DNA of 64,000 nucleotides. Source: Marsupella aquatica. Its lineage: Eukaryota; Plantae; Marchantiophyta. Location: assembly GCA_973895155.1 (NCBI GenBank), contig OZ316891.1, forward strand, positions 25,357,899-25,421,898, written 5' to 3'. Below the pieces are notes generated by a model, which made no database searches, was not told the DNA's origin, and worked only from the letters and a program-made list of their open reading frames with translations. Positions within the stretch are counted from its first letter, which is position 1; the number at the start of each line of letters is the position of its first letter. The position numbers and the translations under genes are program-made. Below, piece by piece: positions 48,101 to 56,817 of this stretch.

Positions 48101-49680
48101 AATCAGTAAACAAAAATAGGGGAGAACAAACATACATCAGCAGCAACAGGAAACGAGAAAGTTGATTTAGGAGGGATTGTAGGGAGAGAGCTTTTGGTGG
48201 GCTCGGCTGTGCGTGAAATATCGGGAGATAGATGCGCGAGAGAGTGAGGAGGGTGGCAAGCGGAAGACGGGTTGGGACTGGACCCTTGGTGCCGGTGGGT
48301 AATATATGGGGTTTCAGCAGACTTGGGGCCAGTTTGAGGAGGATTGAGAAGCGCGCACCCCACGTTCTTGGGTGGTGGTTGGGTGGGGTTTTGTTTGATT
48401 GAAGAAGAAATCACCATTCTCTTCTAGAAGAAAGAAAATCACAGGAAATAGTGGACGGGAGAACAAGGCATGTAATAGAGAACAACAAGGCATGTAATAG
48501 AGACAGTGCGCAGCTCAGCTCCGAGGTCACACTTTATGATGCACAGGGGGTCCTTGGTTGCACGTAGGAGAAGGACTGAATCACTGTGGCTGCTCTTCTC
48601 TACTATCAAAGCACCCGGCTGGCAGCTCCGCAAACACTGATCGTAGCTACAATCTCTACACCGTTGATTGAAGAGCAGCTGCAGCACAGTAAGGAGCTCC
48701 CACAGCCTCCCTCTTCAAAGCTCGGTTGACCTAGCTCTACGATCGACGGAGCATGGGCGCCAGACAAAGCACAAACTGTACCATGGAGCTGGAGAAAAAC
48801 ACAGAGTAATTGAAGCCTAACAATACCCTTCTCAGCTCCTGATTGAATGAGGAAAAACACATTACAAGACACATTGCAGGCAATAGGATTTTAACAATGA
48901 AGTCTCGCCTGTGCTGACAGAATACCTGCTTACAGCCACGCGTTGCTCATCCTCCCACAGTTCGGTGGCACACTATCCAGATGGCATGACGCATGCCTTA
49001 ACTTATGACGATTTGCGCAGCTCAAATCAAGTAGGTTGTCCCCACAAAAAGACAGAGGACAACAAAGAAAAGCAATGTAGCCGTGATGTCTTACCAGCCC
49101 TGACAATGGGAGCTTCAAAGGCGGTGCACTATGGCTGAAATGGCAGCACGCTGCTCGAACACTAAAGCAACACAAAACTTGGACTCTCACCTTATGCAAC
49201 TCCTGGCTTGTATTCAGCTGGCGTTGGCCCACTCTAAGCTCCTGCGCCGCTCCGACTGCCAGTCGTTCTGTAGACGGTCTGTATCCTCCCTGACTGCAGC
49301 TCCTCCCCGCCCCCAGCTCGTCACCCGCGTCTTCTCCCCAATTTGTGGTGAGCTCCTCCTCGACCACAGCACCCTAAACTGCTTTGCCCAGCCTCTGATG
49401 GCCTTCACGTTGTTACCGATTGTCGCTCCCCACAAAGTCCACAATCCATAAACCAGGCAGATAGTGCGCCCGTAGAACAGATGCAACCCGCATGCAGCTT
49501 CACCAGCTCAATGGCAGCTCAACAGCTTAAGGGTGCAGCAAAAGGGCGTTGAATAGGTTGTCTCACCTCACCCTTCGAGAGCCGGTCATTGCAGCATCCC
49601 TAAACTCCCGATCCCTCTTCTCGGATTCCACAGAGCCGACCACAAGAAAATGGGAACACTAAACCTCACTGTAGAGACGT

Positions 49681-49812
49681 TCCCACCAAGATTACACGGA
49701 AAACCTTGCTCCGATCCCTAAGCTCCCAATCCCATCGAGAGAACACGATAAAACCTTGCTCCAATCCCTAAACTCCCGATCCCACCAAGAGAACACAATA
49801 AACCTTGCTCCG
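49681..49812 (+). repeat. ~50-bp tandem repeat (~2.6 units) in the CACTA 5' region
   Basis: AAACCTTGCTCC at 49701, 49751 and 49800. Confidence 0.8.
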
Positions 49813-50128
49813 CAAGTTGGGAATGTGGCGGGATCCCTAAACACATCAACAACCTGCTAAGTGTAAGCAAAGTTGCATAACCGGCTTGTTCCCTTCCAAC
49901 GGTCGCGCGACTCGGGTGTCCAAACGGTACTGCAAGCGGTACAGGCCCCTAGCTTGGGATACCCTTACCAAAGTCACTGGTGTTGCCGACATGGTAACGG
50001 CAAGATTATCCTGACCCTCCATAAACCCCCTCCATTCACTCAAGTGTTGTGAGTGACAACTTAGTGTAGTGTCGCTAAACAAATACTTTGGCCTTAGCAA
50101 ATATCTGTGGTGATCGAACTTCATTAAA

Positions 50129-50874
50129 CCAAACCTCTTTTGGTCACAAATAAGGCCATTTAATGAGTGATGCCCCTTGTCATCACCCTCTTAATTTATG
50201 CAATTACCCCTCCTGAACACAATTGAACATTGTCCAAATTGCCTACCCTCATGAATAATTTGTCAATTATCTTTCCCGACATATATGATGTCAATGGACA
50301 TGATGGGGAACATGATGTCAATGGACATGATGCCAACGATCCAATGGTTCCTAAACCCCCATCCCCTTAACATGCAACCCCCGACCCTTGACATCAAACC
50401 CCCCTAAACCCCCTTTAGTGAAAACCCAGCCACCCCCTAGCCTTGACATATAAACCCCCTAAACGTCTTCACAACTCGACTGTGGCCAGACTATCTTTGC
50501 AATGCCAAGGGCCATTTTTAGAGTGCATGCCGCTTGCAAGCTCAGGCTCTCAAGATCCTCCCACGGCAGCAAACAAGTTAGGGTCCCTAAACATGTTCCT
50601 TTACCCTAAACCATTGCGTCACTATTTCAATCGAGTGTTCTTTGCCTGGACAACCCCCTAACCCTAAACCCACACCCCCTTGAGACCGGTACAAATCTAC
50701 CTTTGTGCATCTTGGCCTTTTATTGATGGAGTTAGTAATCGATCCCTCCGTAGTCCACCCTCCATGAACCTCACTCCAAAACCTTTTTTGTCACAAATAA
50801 GGCCATTTATTGAGTTATGCCCCTTGCTATCTCCCTCTTTACAGAATTACCCCTCCTCAATATAAGTGAACATT
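50129..50874 (+). repeat. ~100-bp direct repeat pair (50129-50231 and ~50776-50874)
   Basis: Shared GTCACAAATAAGGCCATTTA.TGAGT.ATGCCCCTTG..AATTACCCCTCCT..GAACATT. Confidence 0.75.
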
Positions 50875-51083
50875 ACCCATGATGTGCTAGACTATTCACC
50901 GTTCACAAAGTAGCAAGGTTACTTCTCATAGTCTTTTAGTGAACCATAAAACACTAATAGTCTTTTGTAGTCTTCAACAAAACTGGTGCAATGGGTGCGA
51001 GTCGTTTCAAGTATGGAAAAAGGACTTAGTGGGCTTAGTCCTATAAGGTATGGTCTAAATTGCCCCGGATTCTACTAGTGCTA

Positions 51084-53224
51084 GCCAGGGCTGCCTCCTC
51101 TCCCTGCCTGATTCGCTCCTGAAATTCCTGCACTGTCTGTTTTATGCCGTCAAAGCTCGGGGGAGCAACATCTGGTGGAGGAGACTCAGGGCTACTCTGC
51201 TGGTTGGGGTCCCCTCGTACTACCCTTGGAAGTGTGGGGATAAACCGGCCACAGGTCCTTACTCTTGGAACGTGATGGTCCGACCCATAGCCGGAGTTAT
51301 CATGGCCGCAGTCCTCCACTGCCTCCTCTACTTCTTCTACTTCCGGCTTCTCCCTCTCTTCTTCGTTGGTAGGAGCTTCCGGCAATTCTGCCTCAGATTC
51401 AGAGCTTGAGACTCCGGTAGAGGGGTTTTCCCTTCTAAGTCTGCTTAAGTTGACCTCTGGGGCAGTGTCCTGCATTGTTGTCATTGTCATTGTCGTTGTC
51501 GTTGCCGATCTCCTTTCTTTCTCCAGTAGTTTCAGCAGATTCTGCATGCCTGGTTGCTGCATCGGCAAGTCTTCCTTCCTTGGCTTAAACACCTGCTCAA
51601 TCATAGGGCTAACAGGTGGTTGAGGCTTTTCTGCTACCGGCCTCGGTGCTGGAGCTTCCTCGGGTGCCCTTACCTGCAGGGGAAGTACTGGGGCAAAGGT
51701 CTGACCTCTGGCATACCGGCACAACAGCGGCATGTGATAGCCAAGCTGTGACACGCTCCCCATGCCGATTACCTGCTGCTCCTCCTTTAGGATCTTCTTC
51801 AATTGGTTGAGGAGGTAGCCGTTGTAGTCCCGGCTTGGGTCTGGCCTTTCTGCCAGATAGACCTGTGCCTTGCCGATCTCCGCTCTTGGCAAGTTACAAT
51901 GCATGGTTACCCGCAAGAAGTCGATCATCTCTCCTATGTGCGGGTTGGTGCAGGTGTTTCTGAAGAAGCCATTCTTCGTTGATGGTCCGGGAAACGACCG
52001 GAACTCCTTGTCAAGCAAGGTCTTCTTGGTATCAACCTTGGTCTTATTGCCTATCGGCAAGCCAAACACTTCGGCAATTACCTTGGGAGTAAGATAGAAA
52101 TCCTTCCCATATATTCTCATGCAATTGGTCTCGGGTTCCCATGACCCCACGAATTCTAATAGGTCTGAATCCGGCACCTCCGGCTTCAGCCATGGTAATC
52201 TTACAAAGGCCTCTAAGCTAGATCCGGCCATGAAGCCTTGGTACTTCTTGGTCTGCATGGCCGTAAAGCATGCATCCTCCTCCCTTGCAAAATGTAGTTG
52301 CACCTCCACCGGTAGAGTTGCCGCCCAGCCCTTCCAGGTGTCATCCTTGGTTGCATTGGCTTTAATGGGATCGACCTCCTCTACTTCGGCTTCTCCCTGC
52401 CTCCTGCTCTGCTGTTCGGCTGGCTTCGTTGGTGCCGCCAACCTCGTTCTTTTGGCCGGGGTGGTTTCATCGTTGACGGCTCCCTTCCTCTTCATCTCGG
52501 CTGCTGTGGAGGTTTCTCCTAACACCGTTGCTCGGTTCCACCTTTCCGTGCTACCCTTCAATTCCCAGTGTATGTCGTTGCAGTTCTTGATGGCCTCTCG
52601 AATGCCGATGATTCTGTCTTTGCAAAACAGAAGATCGTCGAGCTGATTGGAAGTAGGCGTCCATAAGAACTCGGCCTTGATAAGTTCGCCTCCTAAGAAA
52701 GCCGTTTTCTGCAGCTCCCACAATCGAGCGAGCTCCTGTTGTTCTCGAGCTGCCCTTTCTGATTCTTCATCCTCGTAAGTCTTGATGTACTCAGTTGCCC
52801 GTTTGAACAGGCATCCCCAGAAATGTGCCGCTTGATTGACGTTGCTCATACCCTCCTTAGGTCGATCGTCGGTATCTACTCTCTCCCCGAGTGCTTGCCT
52901 AAACAGCTGACAGTAGTTGGCCTCCTGTAGTCGTCTGCCTAGTTCATGCTCACAAATGAGCCACCATCTTCTGCGAGCGATCCTTACCCCTCTCCTCTTC
53001 CGGCCCTTCCTCCCGTTGATCCTTCCCAGCCGCCGATGCTTAGCGCGCCCTAACCCTAATCGAGTTTTCACCCCCAGTGTTTTTACCTCCGGCCTTGGCC
53101 CGGGTTCCATAGTTGTTCCTAATTATTTATATTTTCTTGTTTTGTCCCTATACTAAGGTGTTTCCAGGGTGTATTCCCGCTTTACCTACTTAACTGGCCG
53201 AGTGATTCCTGGCTAGGCATCACA
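51084..53224 (-). repeat. 5' LTR of Gypsy B, proximal part; carries the 5' part of the LTR-ORF (from 53110)
   Basis: Matches ~23203-25343; ORF open until the CACTA junction. Confidence 0.95.
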
Positions 53225-53227
53225 GAG

Positions 53228-55042
53228 ATGAAGGAAGGATTGGTGGGAGAAGTTGAAGCTTCTGCAGTGGAGCTTCAAAAAATATGTGAGACTGAAGTCT
53301 TACATGTTGACAGGAGCCAAAAACCTCGCGCAAAAGTAAAAGTTGATACAGGATTGAATAGCCCATCCATGAGATCCAGAAGAAAACGTAAGTTATATGA
53401 CTTTTTGAAGTTCTTCTTGATCTTTTCCTCTGAAATTCACTTAGTTGTTTGCATTGATTTTGGTTAGCGCCAAGCGCTATTTTAAACTATTAAATGTATA
53501 CTCATACAAGAGAATTTAGAAAGTAAATGTTTGGCTAGCGTCGGGCGCTGTTATAGTTTCCCCAGTGTTCTTACCTTTTCGATTCTCTGTAGGGGGTAGG
53601 AAATCAGAGGGAGAAGAAACTCAAGATGCAAAGACGACCATTACCCCTGATCAATCTGAAGCAAACACTGAGGCTGCCGATGCTACCCAAGAGCAGACTC
53701 CTCCTGCAAATACCAACATTGATCGTCCGATTGATGCCACAAGCACCAAAAAAAAGAAGAAAAAAACTCTTGATCTTGGTTCTTCTTCTAGAGATTTGTA
53801 TGCATGTACTGGCGTCCAACGAGAAGTTGGTCAATTCAAGTCCAAAGTTTGCCGTCATATATTTGTTGAGTCCAGTCTAATGGACTTTTTTGATTCTGTT
53901 TTTACAAAAGAGACTAAACCCAGGTGGGTGACGAATGTCGAGAAGTGGGGAAAAGACTTAGTGACACTTGGTCTCCGGGAGAAAGGGGTAGTTAGGGGAG
54001 GCAAGTTGAGATCTTTTGGGGTGGATGCGGGTTTTGTCTACCTACCGACAGGTCTACGACCTTCTTTGCTTCACCGAAAATCGCCAAAGTGGAATGTACC
54101 GGATCACTGAATGGTTGGCTCTTTCTTTCGGGCAATGGACCCATTTCTTGTCGATGATGGGTTGTTAGCAGTTTTGCACACTGGGGAGTATGACCAGATC
54201 TCCCAAGTAATTTTGGCCAGCCAAGATTCCCAAAAGTTCCAGTGCCTCAAAACGCTCAACGTTGTTATGGGTGCCCCAATGTACATGGCCAAAAGCGATT
54301 GTCAGGTAATTGTCCTTTTGAATCAAGAGAATCATTTGCTAGCGCTTGGTGCTATTAATAGATCTCATTTCATGTTTGATGTCCTCGTGTACGCAGGGTC
54401 TTTTGGGTAGCGCCAGGCGCTATTAATATATGTTACCAAATCTCATATTGAATATTGTTTATTTTCCAGGTTTTCACCTTAAGACTTGATATCTTTAGTC
54501 GAGTTACATCGAAGGTTAGGGTCCCCAAAGATTCAAAGTTCAAACCTTTGTCTTCAACCGAGGACCCTTCAATCACAAACCTCATTGGGCTGCAGAGTTT
54601 GAAGAAGGATCCTGTTCCAGAAGCTGCATTTGCAGCGAATGCACGACTACCGGTTGGCTTCATGCAGTCTGTCCTGGAGTTAATTTCTCGTCCGGGAGAT
54701 ATTATTATGGACTGGACGGTTGGGTCAGGAAGTACATTTGTGGCTGGTGATTTTTGTGGCCGTTTCATCCTTGGGATTGAGAATCGCAAGGACTTTGTTT
54801 CTATTGCAGAGAGGATATACACTGACTTGCTCCTCCCGAAAGAATCGAGTGAGGCTGGTCCGAGCAAAGACATGGAGAAAAAAGTGAAAGATAAAGTTTG
54901 ATCTGTTCTGAATTTTGATTCTGAAGAAGAAGAAGACGATGTACCTGATGAAGAGGCCGGGATTGATGTCCAGAAAGAAGGAGAGAAAAAGGATGAGGGG
55001 AATTCAGAAGGAGAAACGGAAGATTCAGATTCTTTTGAGTAA
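53228..55042 (+). pseudogene. MULE accessory gene, 3' half: beta-class (N6_N4_Mtase-like) DNA methyltransferase fold plus acidic tail; introns 53388-53592 and 54306-54469
   Basis: VDAGFVYLPTGL..KWN..FFRAMDPFLVDDGLLAVL (motif IV-VI region), then RLPVGFMQSVLELISRPGDIIMDWTVGSGSTFVAGDFCGRFILGIENRKDFVSIAERI (motif X-I-II); stops at 54108 and 54899. Confidence 0.78.
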
Positions 55043-56629
55043 TGCCCGTAAGCTCCTTTACATTACTTAACTTTCCGTTTTCTTTTTATCTTGTATACTT
55101 GAATTACTGGAATCTCTCGAAGTGTACTTAGTGTTTCAACTGACTCGCAGGTCAGAGTGGAATCTTCGCGAGAGGTTCAATCTGCGAAGGAAATTTTCAA
55201 GCAAAGTCCTAATTACCCCTGAGAAACCATTTGTATTGCCTTCATACGCAGAGTATGCCGCTCGCAAAGAAGAGAGTAGAAGAACCTTGACTTGGGAGAA
55301 TAAGGGCTTGCGATTGAGACGTGGTTTGGATAGAAAGTTCATCCGTTATCCATTTGTCGATGATATGGCACAAAATGAATTTATCGACAATGAAGCAGAG
55401 AGTACGGATAGATTGGAGAGTAGTGAGTCGGAATCTGGAGATTAGATTACATTGGATTAGGTTAGTTTAAATTAGATTAGTTATATATTCATGATTTTAA
55501 AACAGATTACCTCCTCCAAAATAGTAGCGCCGGGCGCTACTTATTGTACGCATCAATTTTATATAAATATGAAGTGGGAAAGGTATTAGCTTCCGCATAT
55601 CTTTTTCTGATGTGAAGTGTAGTGTAATGTTTTTCAAACTGCAAGTACATGTATTGATGTACGATAAAAATCCTTAATGACCTTGACTACCATACGTACC
55701 TGTTTCCCTAGGTTGAATTCCTTCGCAACGGTAGGTATTTCGACACCCTCTTCTATTTTACACCCTCTCTGTTTGACATCGCCGATGTTCAAGGATTTCT
55801 AGGAGCTCTTTTGCATTTAGCGCCGCATAGACATTGATCCAGAGACCATGGAGAAAGGAAAGCAAGTCTTGTGTGAGAGAACTTCCGGCCCCACAAAGTT
55901 GGAAGAAAAAGCTTCAATTGATTTGCTTGCCTCAGAGGTCCCGATCGACGAGACTCCTCACCCTGTCACCTCAATGGAGAGGAATCGACTATGGCTGGCC
56001 TCGGACAAGGGGATAAGCCTTTGAGCAAAACCAGAATCATGCCCTGATTCGTCTCCTCCCCGGTCTTTTAGAGAACGGTTCTCTATTCACGATCCGGATC
56101 CTTCCGATGTCTATAGGGTTGGACGGACGGCGTTTTTCAGGGGCATTCAACAATGGACCAGGCGAGTCGGATTTTCTGACTCCAACATTCCAAATTGCAG
56201 GCTGAGGAGTCGCCTTCCAGGACCGCGTTTTTTTGCTGAGCGAGAGGATGGATTTCGCCAAGACGAGGATCGCTTCAATGCGGGAGTCGATGATGAGTGT
56301 CATTCATCGACGTCCTGAGATTGTTTGAAAGATGGAGTCTTCTTAAAGACTTTTGCGATAGTAGCGCCTGGCGCTACCGCCATCGGAGATTGAAGGTGTT
56401 AGGTTGTAGTCTTGGTTCTCCATGTTTTCTTGCGAGCTTACTACATCCCAGTTCTTTAGCCGTTTTTCTGCTTGCGGTATCTCTTAAGATTTTGTATTGT
56501 CGTCGGGCTTTGTGTTTTTGCTACCATGTAACACACATTTTAAAGTAGCACCAGGCGCTATTAATATACTCGGCATTTTTATACACCCTTTTTATTGATG
56601 GATGTCACAAATATTGTGTAAATTTCCTC

Positions 56630-56699
56630 ACTTATTTTACTGTTACCATTTCCTGTTTCCTGTTACTGTTTCCTGTTTCCTGTCACAGCGAAAAACCTC
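56630..56699 (-). repeat. Right TIR of MULE
   Basis: TGTTACCATTTCCTGTTTCCTGTTACTGTTTCCTGTTTCCTGTCACAG, inverted match to the left end. Confidence 0.8.
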
Positions 56700-56817
56700 A
56701 AAACTACAAACCACACATTTCAGGTGTCCCTATGTATTATGTTGGCCACAACACCAAAGAGTTCAAAGCATCTGCAATAGTTGTCTGTGGCGGGTCATCA
56801 TTCAAATTAGGAACTGG

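Larger units (their letters stand above)
34027..51080 (-). mobile_element. CACTA (En/Spm) DNA transposon 1, 17054 bp
   Basis: TIRs CACTAGTAGAAACCGGGG and CCCCGGATTCTACTAGTG; 3-bp TSD CTA (single copy in the sister LTR); GACT/AGTC-rich subterminal repeats; TnpD. Confidence 0.97.
20768..53224 (-). mobile_element. Full-length Ty3/Gypsy LTR retrotransposon B (Athila-like)
   Basis: TSD GAGAT at 20763-20767 and 53225-53229; paired LTRs TGTGATGCC...CGCACCACA; PBS, gag-pol, PPT. Confidence 0.96.
13913..56560. repeat. Dispersed 15-bp palindrome TAGCGC-N3-GCGCTA, 16 copies in the MULE
   Basis: Starts at 13913, 13980, 15668, 15725, 18028, 18132, 18235, 18340, 19560, 53465, 53536, 54340, 54408, 55525, 56362, 56546 (0-2 mismatches). 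Confidence 0.9.
13724..56699. mobile_element. Mutator-like (MULE) DNA transposon, ~10.5 kb net of the nested Gypsy B/CACTA
   Basis: 9-bp TSD AAAACTACA at 13715-13723 and 56700-56708; ends GGGCCCAACCT-CTGTGACAGGAAATAGGAAACAGTAA and (revcomp) GAGGTTTTTCG-CTGTGACAGGAAACAGGAAACAGTAA; MULE DDE transposase inside. Confidence 0.88.

Noticed and set aside
50340-50680. Interstitial telomere array
   Set aside because: Only scattered single CCCTAAA units, not a tandem array
18615-55042. Bacterial, plasmid or prophage ParB/MTase contamination
   Set aside because: Gene has spliceosomal introns, lies within MULE TIRs/TSD and is interrupted by a plant retrotransposon
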